Origin: a virus
Length of the DNA: 64,000 nucleotides
IMG/VR virus record: IMGVR_UViG_3300039191_000589
Location: 46,098-110,097 of that record
Direction: 5' to 3' (one strand)
Below the pieces are notes generated by a model that had not been told where the DNA came from, made no database searches, and worked only from the letters and a program-made list of their open reading frames with translations. A program made the translations under genes and the position numbers. The stretch's first letter is position 1, and each line of letters begins with the position of its first letter. Positions 19,752 to 29,786 of this stretch are shown piece by piece.

Positions 19752-20807
19752 ATGAGATTAGTATCCATTAATTCTTTAAAACCAGATATGGAACTGGCTG
19801 AGCCTATCAAGAGTAATGGTAGGAGGTTATTAAGTGCTGGATGTAGTAATTTAAATAGATATAAAGATAGACTGGAAAATTTAGGAATACATTATGTTTA
19901 TATTGATGATGAAATATCAAAAGATATTGAAGTTAATAGTGTTATAAATAATAAAACTAAAGATGAAAGTAAAAAAATGATAAAAGAAACTTTTAAAAAT
20001 GTTTCTATTGGTAAAAAAATGGATAGCCAAGCTGTAAAAGATGGAGTTACAAATATGGTAAAAGATATATTCAATAATGATGAGGTTTTAGCTAATCTAA
20101 TTGATCTTAAAAATGATAATGATTATACTTTTGGACATTCAATTAATGTAGGAGCTATTTCATTAGTAATTGGAAAGGCATTAGGATATAATCGTAAAAA
20201 ACTAATTAAATTAGGTACAGGTGCTTGTTTACATGATATAGGGAAAACCAAAATTCCTGATGAGATATTAAATAAACCAGGTAAATTAACTGATAAAGAA
20301 TATGAAATAATGAAACAACATCCTAAATTAGGATATGATATTTTAAAAAAATATCCTAATACTACAGCAACTTCTTTAGCTGCTGTAGTAGGACATCATG
20401 AAAAAGTAAATGGAAAGGGCTATCCACAAAATAAAGAGGGGAATGACATATATGTATATGGAAGAATAGTGGCGATTGCCGACGTTTTTGACGCATTAAC
20501 TAGTGACAGATGTTATCGTGATCGATGGCCAGTTCATAAAGCATTAGATTTAATTATTTCCGAAGCAGGTGAACACTTTGATTCTAAATTGGTAGAAACT
20601 TTTATTAGGAATGTTGCAGCTTATCCTAATGGAACAATAGTACAATTAAGTAATGGCTATAAAGCAATAGTAAAGAAACAAAATAAAAATTTCCCACAAC
20701 GGCCTATAGTTAAAATATTAGAAGATAACAATGGCAATAAAAAATCTAAAGAGATTAATTTAATGAATGCTTTAGATATAACAATCGTAGATACAAAAAA
20801 TGTATAA
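19752..20807 (+). CDS. HD-GYP cyclic-dinucleotide phosphodiesterase
   Basis: YTFGHS, LHDIGK, ILNKPGKLT, HHE...GKGYP, IADVFDALTSDRCYR all intact. Confidence 0.95.
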   Translation: MRLVSINSLKPDMELAEPIKSNGRRLLSAGCSNLNRYKDRLENLGIHYVYIDDEISKDIEVNSVINNKTKDESKKMIKETFKNVSIGKKMDSQAVKDGVTNMVKDIFNNDEVLANLIDLKNDNDYTFGHSINVGAISLVIGKALGYNRKKLIKLGTGACLHDIGKTKIPDEILNKPGKLTDKEYEIMKQHPKLGYDILKKYPNTTATSLAAVVGHHEKVNGKGYPQNKEGNDIYVYGRIVAIADVFDALTSDRCYRDRWPVHKALDLIISEAGEHFDSKLVETFIRNVAAYPNGTIVQLSNGYKAIVKKQNKNFPQRPIVKILEDNNGNKKSKEINLMNALDITIVDTKNV

Positions 20808-20883
20808 AAAAAATTAAAAAAATGACATTTTTTTAATATTATCTATATATAAAGTAGTAACAATAAGAAGGGAGGAGAATGAT

Positions 20884-21285
20884 GTGGTTGATAATGAAAA
20901 AATAATATCAGAACTTAATAAGATTATAAGGCCTTTAAGTAGAAATGTTTCTAGTAAAGAAAAAAGTAATATTAAAACTATTATTCAATTATGTTTAAGA
21001 TATAATTTTAAATACCAATTTGTTTCAAATTATGCTTTTATTTATTCAATTATTGATCAATGGTATTTTGATTATACTAACAATCAAGTAGTTAAATTAT
21101 TTCATAAAAATAAATTTCACTCTATTAATCAATATCATTTTCAAAAAAAATTTTCTAATATAAAACAAACTATTAAATATATTAAACAACATGATGATTT
21201 TTATTATACCCCTAATCAACACAATAAACACGATAAAATTTATAAAAAAATTACTCAAGCAAATAAAAAAATTAAAAAGAAGTAA
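20884..21285 (+). CDS. Hypothetical basic protein
   Basis: RBS GGAGGAG; ORF. Confidence 0.65.
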   Translation: MVDNEKIISELNKIIRPLSRNVSSKEKSNIKTIIQLCLRYNFKYQFVSNYAFIYSIIDQWYFDYTNNQVVKLFHKNKFHSINQYHFQKKFSNIKQTIKYIKQHDDFYYTPNQHNKHDKIYKKITQANKKIKKK

Positions 21286-21366
21286 TTTTTTTGTTAAAAA
21301 CAATTTTTTATTTTTTTTATATAATTATAAGTAAACAATCAACAATAAAATGAAAGGATTGATAAT

Positions 21367-22200
21367 ATGAGTCAACTAAAACAACAAGCTGAACAACGTT
21401 ATAAGATGGATGCTAATTGCCCTTATCATGAAGCAAAATGTAATATGGAGGATTGTGAATGTGCAAAATATAAAGCATATAAAAAAATAAATGAACCTGG
21501 AGTAATTGAAGAAACTTTAAAAGAGATTGGATTTAATGTAAAAGATGAAAATTGGAATTCATGGGATTTATTAATGGGAATGCAAAAGAATTTTGCAAGT
21601 AAATTTCATAAAGTTGATAATTTTTCTGTTGATGAAATAGACCATTGGGTTGATAAATACTTAGTCTGCATTGAGGACGAAATTAGAGAAGTTAGAGAAC
21701 ATATTGATATTGTTCATAATAAGAAAAAAGAAAATTTAAAAGAACTACAAAAAGAAATTATTGATATTCTTCATTTTTTAATGGATTTATATATAGTAGG
21801 TGAAGCAACTTCAAGTGATATTAAAAGAGCATACTTAGATTTATATGCGTCTGAAGTTAAAGATATTGATGATCTAATTAAATTTGCTTGGAATAATCAA
21901 GAATTTGAATTAAAACATAAATTACATTATGATTATAAGGATAATTTTGATTTAGCTATGTTAGATTTAAGTAGTACATTATTAGATTATAATGGATTAG
22001 TACGACAACATATTTCTTGGAAACATTGGAAACAACCATCTGATGAAATTGATAAAAAATCATTATATAAAGCTTTTGCTAAAACTTTCAAATCATTAAT
22101 TGATTTATTTTTATTGGTTTTAGATAGCCCTGATGAAATTAAAGATATTTATGTTACTAAAAATATTGAAAATATTTGGCGGCAAAAATTCGATTATTAA
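21367..22200 (+). CDS. Dimeric (all-alpha) dUTPase / MazG-like NTP pyrophosphatase with internal duplication
   Basis: EDEIRE...KEIIDILHF; SWKHWK; YVTKNIENIWRQKFDY. Confidence 0.8.
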   Translation: MSQLKQQAEQRYKMDANCPYHEAKCNMEDCECAKYKAYKKINEPGVIEETLKEIGFNVKDENWNSWDLLMGMQKNFASKFHKVDNFSVDEIDHWVDKYLVCIEDEIREVREHIDIVHNKKKENLKELQKEIIDILHFLMDLYIVGEATSSDIKRAYLDLYASEVKDIDDLIKFAWNNQEFELKHKLHYDYKDNFDLAMLDLSSTLLDYNGLVRQHISWKHWKQPSDEIDKKSLYKAFAKTFKSLIDLFLLVLDSPDEIKDIYVTKNIENIWRQKFDY

Positions 22201-22205
22201 ATATG

Positions 22206-22237
22206 TAAGGGGGCCATTAAGGCTCCTTATTTTTTTT
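22206..22237 (+). terminator. Intrinsic terminator
   Basis: TAAGGGGGCC / GGCTCCTTA + T run. Confidence 0.8.
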
Positions 22238-22301
22238 GTTAAAAAATAATAATATTTTTATTTATATTTAAATATAAACCTATTTAATAAAGGAGGATAA
22301 A

Positions 22302-23945
22302 ATGTTAAAATTAAATAAATTTCCTTATCCTGAAATGAGGGATATACAAAAAACTACATTGAAAAAATTAAAAGATAATTGGGATGATTATCGTTATTTT
22401 GTTTTAGAATTACCAACAGGAGCAGGTAAATCAGCTATTGGTAAAACAATCTGTGGATCATATAATAATGGTTTTCTTATTACTGCAACTAAACAATTAC
22501 AAGATCAATATATTAATGATTTTGGCCATTTAGGAGATATTAAATCAATTAAAGGAAAAGCAAATTATGTTTGTAATTATAATCCCGATTTAAATTGTGA
22601 AATTGGACCATGTGAGGTGGATGATTCTCTTAAAAAAGAGTGTAAGAAATATAATCGTTGTGAATATTATAAAGCTAGAGATGCTGCTTTACAGGCTAAT
22701 GCCGCTTTAACTTCTTATCAATATTTTCTACGGGCTACTGAGTGTGCTGGATTTTGGAAGCCAAGAAATGTAGTTGTATTTGATGAATGTCATTTATTAG
22801 AGCAACAAATAGTGCAATGGGCTGAAATTGAAATTAAACCAAGAGAATTAGATGAAAAATTTAGCATTTTTGATGGAATGAATTTCTCTAAAATGACCTC
22901 ATTAAGTATACCACCTGAAGAAGCTGGTTATCAAGAAAATAAACGTTGGATTAAAGACATATATACATTAATTAAAAAAAGAAGAAAAGAAATTGAACGA
23001 GAAATTAAAGCTACAATGAGTAATTCTGAATTAAATCAAATGAATCAAGATGAAATTGATGAAGTATTATTATATCATGAAGATTATTATGAAATTGATA
23101 AACTTTATAAACGATTAGATGTATTTTTTAATACTCGTGATTGTGATTGGATAATTGAACCTGAAGATGATGGATTAGTTATTACTCCAATTAAAGTTAA
23201 TGAATTATTTCAAAAATTTGTAGATAAACAAGCAATTGATAAAATTATTTTTATGTCAGCAACAGTTATTGATCTTCCGGGGTTTTGCAAGGAATTAGGA
23301 TTATCTAAAGAACAAACTGGATTAATACAAATGGATCCTATTTTCCCACCTAAAAAATCACCTATTGTATATTACCCAACAGGAAAAATGAATTATAAAC
23401 AATTAAACAAAACTATTCCAAAAATAAATAATAATGTAGAAAAGATATTAAAATATCATAAAGATCAAAAAGGCATTATCCATACAGGCAATTATAGGAT
23501 TGCTAGAGCCATTTGTAATGATGTTAATAGTAATAGGTTAATAATGAAACAAGATGATGAGAGCAATGAACAGTTGCTTTCTAGACACATTAATTCTAAT
23601 GATCCAACAGTGTTAGTATCACCATCATTATATACTGGTGCCGATCTAAAAGAAGAACTTAGTAGATTTCAAATAGCTGTTAAATTACCTTGGAGTTCTT
23701 TAAAAGATAAAAGAGTTAAGGCAAAATTAGATAATAATAATAATAGTTGGTATGCTGCTCAAATGTTTAGATCTTTTATACAATCTTGTGGACGTAGTAC
23801 TAGATCTCATAATGATTGGTCAACAACTTATGTTTTAGATAGTAGTTTTAAATATTGGATTAACAGATATAAAAAATGGTTTTCTCAAAAATTTTTAGAG
23901 AGAATAGTATGGAATAAGGATAATTTTTTAAATAAAAAGGAGTGA
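22302..23945 (+). CDS. DinG/Rad3-like SF2 helicase
   Basis: FPY Q-motif, LPTGAGKS, Cys cluster, DECH, MSAT, QSCGRSTRS. Confidence 0.9.
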   Translation: MLKLNKFPYPEMRDIQKTTLKKLKDNWDDYRYFVLELPTGAGKSAIGKTICGSYNNGFLITATKQLQDQYINDFGHLGDIKSIKGKANYVCNYNPDLNCEIGPCEVDDSLKKECKKYNRCEYYKARDAALQANAALTSYQYFLRATECAGFWKPRNVVVFDECHLLEQQIVQWAEIEIKPRELDEKFSIFDGMNFSKMTSLSIPPEEAGYQENKRWIKDIYTLIKKRRKEIEREIKATMSNSELNQMNQDEIDEVLLYHEDYYEIDKLYKRLDVFFNTRDCDWIIEPEDDGLVITPIKVNELFQKFVDKQAIDKIIFMSATVIDLPGFCKELGLSKEQTGLIQMDPIFPPKKSPIVYYPTGKMNYKQLNKTIPKINNNVEKILKYHKDQKGIIHTGNYRIARAICNDVNSNRLIMKQDDESNEQLLSRHINSNDPTVLVSPSLYTGADLKEELSRFQIAVKLPWSSLKDKRVKAKLDNNNNSWYAAQMFRSFIQSCGRSTRSHNDWSTTYVLDSSFKYWINRYKKWFSQKFLERIVWNKDNFLNKKE

Positions 23946-23947
23946 TT

Positions 23948-24193
23948 ATAATTCATTGTAAAACCTTAAGAGAATTAAAAGAATGGAAAAGGGATATTAA
24001 GGATAAAATTGAAGAGTTTGATTTTGATAATTATAATACTAGAGTAAAATTACAAAGTCAATTATTATCTATTAAAAATGCTATAAGTAAAATTGAAATA
24101 AAAAAAGAAAGTAAAAAAGCTAAAATACAAACTTTACAAAGATTAATCTTGGGTTTAATAATACTTGGTTATTTATGGTATGCTTTAGAATAA
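23948..24193 (+). CDS. Small coiled-coil protein with C-terminal membrane anchor
   Basis: LILGLIILGYLWYAL tail; track GTG (23942) overlaps the RBS so an ATA start at 23948 is more likely. Confidence 0.55.
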   Translation: MIHCKTLRELKEWKRDIKDKIEEFDFDNYNTRVKLQSQLLSIKNAISKIEIKKESKKAKIQTLQRLILGLIILGYLWYALE

Positions 24194-24206
24194 AATAGAG
24201 CTTGCT

Positions 24207-24249
24207 CTAGAGGTTAAATCGACAGCTTGTCTGGAGATTTAACCTCTAG
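24207..24249. repeat. Perfect 14-bp inverted repeat with structured loop
   Basis: CTAGAGGTTAAATC ... GATTTAACCTCTAG. Confidence 0.85.
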
Positions 24250-24371
24250 TTTAATCCTTAAATTAATTAAATTTTTTGTTAAAAAAATCATTTCTTTTAT
24301 ATATTTATTATAGTATATTTATGGCTGCACTTTTTGAATCATAAGAAAATAAAATTATTTTAAAAATATTA

Positions 24372-24400
24372 TTTACAACATACTAAATTTATGATATAAT
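24372..24400 (+). promoter_or_regulatory. SigA-type (early) promoter
   Basis: TTTACA-17 bp-TATAAT with extended TG. Confidence 0.8.
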
Positions 24401-24440
24401 ATAAATACAAGGTAAGATAATAAAAGAGGGGGTAGGTAAT

Positions 24441-26363
24441 ATGTCAAAATTAAATTTACAAAAGAATTTAAATAAAGAACAATATAAAGCTGTTACAAAT
24501 ATTAATGGGGTTGTTCAGGTAAATTCTGTTGCTGGGTCAGGGAAAACAAGAGTTTTAACTTATAGAATTGCTCATATGATTAAACAAGGAATTAATCCCT
24601 CTAATATTTTAGTTACTACTTTTACAAAAAAATCTGCAAAAGAAATGAAAGAAAGATTATCAAAATTACTTCCTAAAAAATATGTTAGTTCATTAATTAT
24701 GGGGACTTTTCATTCTATTGGTTATAAAATATTAAAACATGAATATAAAAAATTAGATCACCCTTTAAAAGGATTTGATTTATTATATGGTAGTCCTCAA
24801 ACTTGGTTAATTAAAGATATTTTAAAAGATTTTGATATTGAAACAACTAAAACTTATAATGCTTCATATTTTAAAGGTAAAATAAAAAAATTAAAACAAA
24901 AATTAAAATCACCTGAAAGTCAACTGGCTCATTTATTAGGTGGTGATTTAAGTGATCAAGAAAAAGAATTATTAGAAGTTTATGATGAATATGAAAAAAG
25001 AAAAACTAAAAAAGGTAAAATTGATTTTTCAGATATGCTATATAAATTATATAATTTAATGTTAGAATATCCTGAAATTAAAAAATCTTATCAAGAAAGA
25101 TTTAAATATATATTAGTTGATGAAGCTCAAGATAATAATTATTCTCAATATGAATTAATTAAATTATTAGGAAAGCCAGAAAATAACATTTTTATTGTTG
25201 GAGATGATGATCAAAGTATATATGGTTTTCGTGGAGCAAGACCTGATAAATTTATTGATTTTGAAAATAATTTTGATGATAATATAACAATGATTAATTT
25301 AGAAACTAATTATCGTTCAGTTCTTTATGTTATTAATAGTGCAAATAAATTAATTAAAAATAATAATCATCGTATTAGAAAAGAAGCAAAATCTTCTAAA
25401 AAAGGATCTAAAAAACAAAGACCATATTATATTAAAGCTGATGATGAAGATCATGAAGCTGAAATTGTTGCCGATTCTATTCAAGAATTACAAAATCATG
25501 GTGAATCATTAGAAGATACAGCTATTTTATTTAGAACTAATGCCCAAGCTAGAGCTTTAGAAGATGCTTTAATATCTAAAGGAATTCCTTATGTAGTATT
25601 TAATTCTATTTCATTTTATGAAAGATCAGAAATTAAAGATTTAATTGCTTATTTAAGATTAGCTTATAATACTGATAATGATAATGCATTAGAAAGAGTT
25701 ATTAATAAACCTTCTCGATATTTAGGGAAAAAATTTATGCAGAAATTAACTAAAGAATCTATGAAAAGAAATATAAGTTTATATGAGGCATTAGAATATA
25801 TTGAAGTTAAAAATTATCAAAGAAGAGGGGCAAATAAGTTTAGAGATTGCATTGAAGAAATTCAAGTATGTATGAAAAAAAGTAATAATGTTGGTCAACT
25901 TTTTAAAGATATTAGAGAAATTATTGAGTATGATGAATATATTAATAAGAAAAATGGTGGTGAAGAAGATAATGATAAATTAGAAAACCTTAAATCTTTA
26001 ACATGTGCTGGTGAACGTTTTAATAAAGTTAGAGATTTTTTAAAACATGTAAGTGTAATTTTACAAGCAAAGCATAATGATGTCGATGCAGTAAAGTTAA
26101 TGACAGTTCATAAATCAAAAGGATTAGAATTTAATAATGTTTTTTTAGTGGGAATGTCTGATGGAGTATTACCTCATAACCATGCCATAGAGGGTACAGA
26201 GGAAGATATTGAAGAGGAACGTAGATTAACCTATGTAGCAATAACAAGGGCCAAGAAGTTCATTCTAGCAACCTCTCCACGTGAATATCAAGGTAATAGA
26301 TCTACTACATCACAATTTATATATGATGCTGATTTTAAAAGATTTGATTTAGATAAAGAATGA
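24441..26363 (+). CDS. pcrA: PcrA/UvrD SF1 DNA helicase
   Basis: AGSGKTRVLT, TFTKK, GTFHS, VDEAQD, VGDDDQSIYGFRGA, NYRS, HKSKGLEF, EERRLTYVAITRA. Confidence 0.95.
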   Translation: MSKLNLQKNLNKEQYKAVTNINGVVQVNSVAGSGKTRVLTYRIAHMIKQGINPSNILVTTFTKKSAKEMKERLSKLLPKKYVSSLIMGTFHSIGYKILKHEYKKLDHPLKGFDLLYGSPQTWLIKDILKDFDIETTKTYNASYFKGKIKKLKQKLKSPESQLAHLLGGDLSDQEKELLEVYDEYEKRKTKKGKIDFSDMLYKLYNLMLEYPEIKKSYQERFKYILVDEAQDNNYSQYELIKLLGKPENNIFIVGDDDQSIYGFRGARPDKFIDFENNFDDNITMINLETNYRSVLYVINSANKLIKNNNHRIRKEAKSSKKGSKKQRPYYIKADDEDHEAEIVADSIQELQNHGESLEDTAILFRTNAQARALEDALISKGIPYVVFNSISFYERSEIKDLIAYLRLAYNTDNDNALERVINKPSRYLGKKFMQKLTKESMKRNISLYEALEYIEVKNYQRRGANKFRDCIEEIQVCMKKSNNVGQLFKDIREIIEYDEYINKKNGGEEDNDKLENLKSLTCAGERFNKVRDFLKHVSVILQAKHNDVDAVKLMTVHKSKGLEFNNVFLVGMSDGVLPHNHAIEGTEEDIEEERRLTYVAITRAKKFILATSPREYQGNRSTTSQFIYDADFKRFDLDKE

Positions 26364-26694
26364 ATATTATACAATTAATAATATTGAAACAAAACAATCT
26401 TTAGAAAAATCAACCTTAGAGAGGTTATTAGATGATTCTAATTATTATCTAGTAATTAGTATTAATAATAATTTAAAAATAGAAATATTAAAAAAAGAAT
26501 ACAATAAAATTTTATATTATTTAAAAAAATATAAAAATATTAAAATTAAACAAAAATTTGAATCAATTTTTTATTTAAAAAGAAATAATAAAATTATATA
26601 TTGTAATGATCATTATTATACTAATTGTAAACAAAATTGTGATGAATATAAAGATTGTATTTATTGTGTAATAGGTAAATTAAATAATGATTAA
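26353..26694 (+). CDS. Hypothetical 113-aa ORF with Cys-rich C-terminus, no canonical start (not in track)
   Basis: Stop-free frame IKNEYY...CKQNCDEYKDCIYCVIGKLNND filling the gap after pcrA. Confidence 0.5.
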   Translation: MKNEYYTINNIETKQSLEKSTLERLLDDSNYYLVISINNNLKIEILKKEYNKILYYLKKYKNIKIKQKFESIFYLKRNNKIIYCNDHYYTNCKQNCDEYKDCIYCVIGKLNND

Positions 26695-26716
26695 TTTTAT
26701 AATTAGGAGGTGATTA

Positions 26717-27058
26717 ATAATAAAACACAAAAAATATAATATTACACAATGGGGATTAGAAGAAATATCAACAGGATTATTAATAGAAAGCCATCAAATA
26801 ATAATTAATAATAATAATGATAAAATTAGAGTTGAAAAAGAAATATATGATTTTTTTAATAATTTTGATTCTTTTAAAAAATTAAAAGTGTTCTATCAAT
26901 GTAAAACAGGAAGTAAAAAGTTTCAATATAAAGGGGAAATTATTAAATGTACTAATCCTAAAACAATTATTTTAGAAACTGATCATTGTTTATCATGTAA
27001 TTTTTATAATAATTGTAGTATTAAAATGCAATATAATTTAATAGAAGGAGGAAGATAA
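26717..27058 (+). CDS. Hypothetical 113-aa ORF with ATA start (not in track)
   Basis: Perfect RBS AGGAGGTGA at 26705-26713; open frame ending 3 nt before next ATG; HCLSCNFYNNC. Confidence 0.65.
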   Translation: MIKHKKYNITQWGLEEISTGLLIESHQIIINNNNDKIRVEKEIYDFFNNFDSFKKLKVFYQCKTGSKKFQYKGEIIKCTNPKTIILETDHCLSCNFYNNCSIKMQYNLIEGGR

Positions 27059-27061
27059 ATA

Positions 27062-27610
27062 ATGAAAAAATATTTTAGTGTTGATTGCGAGTTTTCAGGA
27101 TTAAATCATAGAAAAAACTGTTTATTATCAATAGGAATTGTTGAAATAATAAAAGAAGATGGTTTATTTAAACCATTACATAATAAAAAATTATATTTAG
27201 AACTTAAACCAACAGGAGATATTGACCCTGAATCAATGAAAATTAATAAATTAAATATACAACACTTATCCAAATATGGTATTAATAAAGATAATGCAAT
27301 TAGGGAGATAAAAAAATTTTTAAATTTAAATAAAGATGATACAGCTATTTTTATTGGATATTGTAATGTATTAGATAAAATTTTTATTGATCAATTATTT
27401 CAAGATTGTAATAAAAAATCACCATTTCACTATGAAACTATAGAAATTTCCTCTTTAGCTATTGGAAAATTAGGATTAGAATGGGGATTTACTGAAGAAG
27501 AATTATTAAATAAATTAAATTTAAGTGATTTACCTTCAAATAAAAAACATAAAGCCGATGAAGATGCCTTTTTACAGGCAAAAGAATTTTGTAAAATTAT
27601 GAATTATTAA
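27062..27610 (+). CDS. DEDDh 3'-5' exonuclease (DnaQ/RNase T-like)
   Basis: SVDCEFSGL, LDKIF, HKADEDA. Confidence 0.85.
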   Translation: MKKYFSVDCEFSGLNHRKNCLLSIGIVEIIKEDGLFKPLHNKKLYLELKPTGDIDPESMKINKLNIQHLSKYGINKDNAIREIKKFLNLNKDDTAIFIGYCNVLDKIFIDQLFQDCNKKSPFHYETIEISSLAIGKLGLEWGFTEEELLNKLNLSDLPSNKKHKADEDAFLQAKEFCKIMNY

Positions 27611-27634
27611 AAAAAATAATACATTTTTTTCACT

Positions 27635-27663
27635 TAACCAGCTTATTGCTGGTTATTTTTTTT
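27635..27663 (+). terminator. Intrinsic terminator
   Basis: TAACCAGC / GCTGGTTA + T run. Confidence 0.8.
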
Positions 27664-27752
27664 ATCTTATTTAATAATAATATAGAAAAAAATATAATAT
27701 AAAAAAAATTATATTTCTAAAATAGAACATACGAAAGAAGGGGGATAAAAAA

Positions 27753-27995
27753 TTGATTTATAATTCTCAATATTTTAAAACAATCAAACAAGCTGGTTAT
27801 GAATATTCTAAAGATAGTTTAGGGTATTATTTTACAAAAGGTGATAAGAAATTTAGTATTATGAAATCTGGTCCTTTATTTAAATGCTATTATAATATTA
27901 ATAATAATGGACAATGGATACTTCAAGATAACAAAAGTGATTTTTTCGATTTTGAGCAATGTTTAATTTGGATTTTACAAAAAATTAATAATTAA
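27753..27995 (+). CDS. Hypothetical protein
   Basis: RBS AAGGGGG, TTG start. Confidence 0.65.
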   Translation: MIYNSQYFKTIKQAGYEYSKDSLGYYFTKGDKKFSIMKSGPLFKCYYNINNNGQWILQDNKSDFFDFEQCLIWILQKINN

Positions 27996-28008
27996 GGAGG
28001 GAGGTAAA

Positions 28009-29085
28009 ATGACATTACAAAAAATTAAATTAAGACAAATTGATTCTCCATTAGATAGTTATGTTGATTTTGAACAACAAATGATTGCTATGTTAGGTGA
28101 AGAAAGAATAGAAAGATTTACTGCAACTGAGGGACAACAAACATTTACATTAGATCAAGAATATGCTATTGGTCAAAATTCATTAAAAGTATTTGTAAAT
28201 GGTATTTTACAAAAGCCAGATAATGAAAATGGGTATATGGAAATTAATAGCCAAATGATTCAATTTACAGAGCCGCTATTTAAAGATGATTTAGTTATTG
28301 TGGTTCATAATGTTGCTAAATCAAAAGCATATGAAATGGCTTTAGAACGAGTAAAGGCATATAATGTTGAACGAACAACATATTTTATTGATGATACTAA
28401 CAATACTCAATTGGAATTTGAAACTCCAGTAAGATATAACACTGGTGAAAGACATTTAAAGATTTATGTAAATGGTATATTATTATCTGTAGGTACTAAT
28501 TTTGATTATGTTGAAACTTCTGAAAATACATTTACGTTAAATGAGTCTTTAACTACTGGAGATACTCTAACTGTTGAAGTTATTAGTGGAGGTAAGTTGG
28601 CATATTCATGCTACCGTTATCCATATTATATAGATTCTAATAAAGAAGGAAAAACAACATTTACATTACCAAGAACTTATTATGTTGGAGATAATAATTT
28701 AAAAGTATATTTAGATGGAGTATTATTAAGAGAAGGTGAAGGTGAAGATTATGTAGAGGTTAACTCTAATACTGTTGAAATGAATTATGCTCCTTCATTA
28801 GGTAGTACTTTAGAATTTGAAAATACTAGTTTTGCTGTTGACATTTTTGATATTATTAGAAAAGATGAACTTATTAGTTCTACTAATAGTAATTTAGATA
28901 AAGTAACTTTTAATACTTCACAAGAATATCCTATGGGAGAATTTCTTTTAAGGGTTTATTTAAATGGAGTATTATTAAGAGAAGGAGCCGGTGAAGATTA
29001 TACAGAGGTTGATAATACTACTTTCCAAATGAATTATGCTTTATCTGAAGGAGATATAATTGAATATGAAATTGTAACTTATTAA
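28009..29085 (+). CDS. Virion structural protein with four beta-sandwich repeats
   Basis: Four copies of LKVY(V/L)(N/D)G(I/V)L...(D/G)YxE; same module ends the 47095 fibre. Confidence 0.7.
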   Translation: MTLQKIKLRQIDSPLDSYVDFEQQMIAMLGEERIERFTATEGQQTFTLDQEYAIGQNSLKVFVNGILQKPDNENGYMEINSQMIQFTEPLFKDDLVIVVHNVAKSKAYEMALERVKAYNVERTTYFIDDTNNTQLEFETPVRYNTGERHLKIYVNGILLSVGTNFDYVETSENTFTLNESLTTGDTLTVEVISGGKLAYSCYRYPYYIDSNKEGKTTFTLPRTYYVGDNNLKVYLDGVLLREGEGEDYVEVNSNTVEMNYAPSLGSTLEFENTSFAVDIFDIIRKDELISSTNSNLDKVTFNTSQEYPMGEFLLRVYLNGVLLREGAGEDYTEVDNTTFQMNYALSEGDIIEYEIVTY

Positions 29086-29150
29086 AAAATATTTAATTTT
29101 TTTGGTTAACTTTTATATTATAATTATAAAGATAGTAAAGGAGGATTATT

Positions 29151-29423
29151 TTGCAAGTAATTCCACCAAATCAATTACCTGAAGAAGTTAAACAAATAGA
29201 ATTACAAAATGGTGATGTTGCTACACTTCATCAAGCAATTGAAACTAGGGTTCCTGAGGTTAATCCTGATGAAGATATTATTGTTTATAGATATAAAGTT
29301 CCCTGTCCTGTATGTAATGATGAAGTGTTAGCGCACAGTTATGATGGTAAATATTTTAGTAATATTCAAGTTAATTGTAGATATTGTGGTGTATTTTTTA
29401 AACCAGTTGTAAAAAGATTTTAA
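29151..29423 (+). CDS. Zinc-ribbon protein
   Basis: CPVC...CRYC; RBS AGGAGG. Confidence 0.7.
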   Translation: MQVIPPNQLPEEVKQIELQNGDVATLHQAIETRVPEVNPDEDIIVYRYKVPCPVCNDEVLAHSYDGKYFSNIQVNCRYCGVFFKPVVKRF

Positions 29424-29499
29424 AGTTTTATTATATCTCAAAGAATTATTTTTATATATTAAATGACTAAGAAAATAATAAATTAAGGAGTGTGTTTAT

Positions 29500-29682
29500 A
29501 TGAAAATAGTTAATGTTACAGTTGTAGATGATAATGGTGATGAACAAGTTTTGGATGTTAATGATGGGTTTGCATTATTAGCATGTCAAGAAAGTGGAGA
29601 AGATAGAGTTTTAACACAAACTACTAGTAATCCAGCAATTATGTTACAAGCTGCTAGAATGGTATTAAATGAACAAGAATAA
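29500..29682 (+). CDS. Hypothetical protein
   Basis: RBS AAGGAG; followed by terminator. Confidence 0.65.
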   Translation: MKIVNVTVVDDNGDEQVLDVNDGFALLACQESGEDRVLTQTTSNPAIMLQAARMVLNEQE

Positions 29683-29692
29683 ATATAAAAAT

Positions 29693-29720
29693 AATCCCTC
29701 ACAATTATTGTGGGGGTTTT
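29693..29720 (+). terminator. Intrinsic terminator
   Basis: AATCCCTCACAAT / ATTGTGGGGGTT. Confidence 0.7.
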
Positions 29721-29786
29721 AATTTGTTAAAAAAATATATAGATTTTTATAATATATACATATAATAATATAAAAGGAGTGAAATA

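Noticed and set aside
24321-24344. Mini-ORF MAALFES as a leader peptide
   Set aside because: No RBS and no associated attenuator structure
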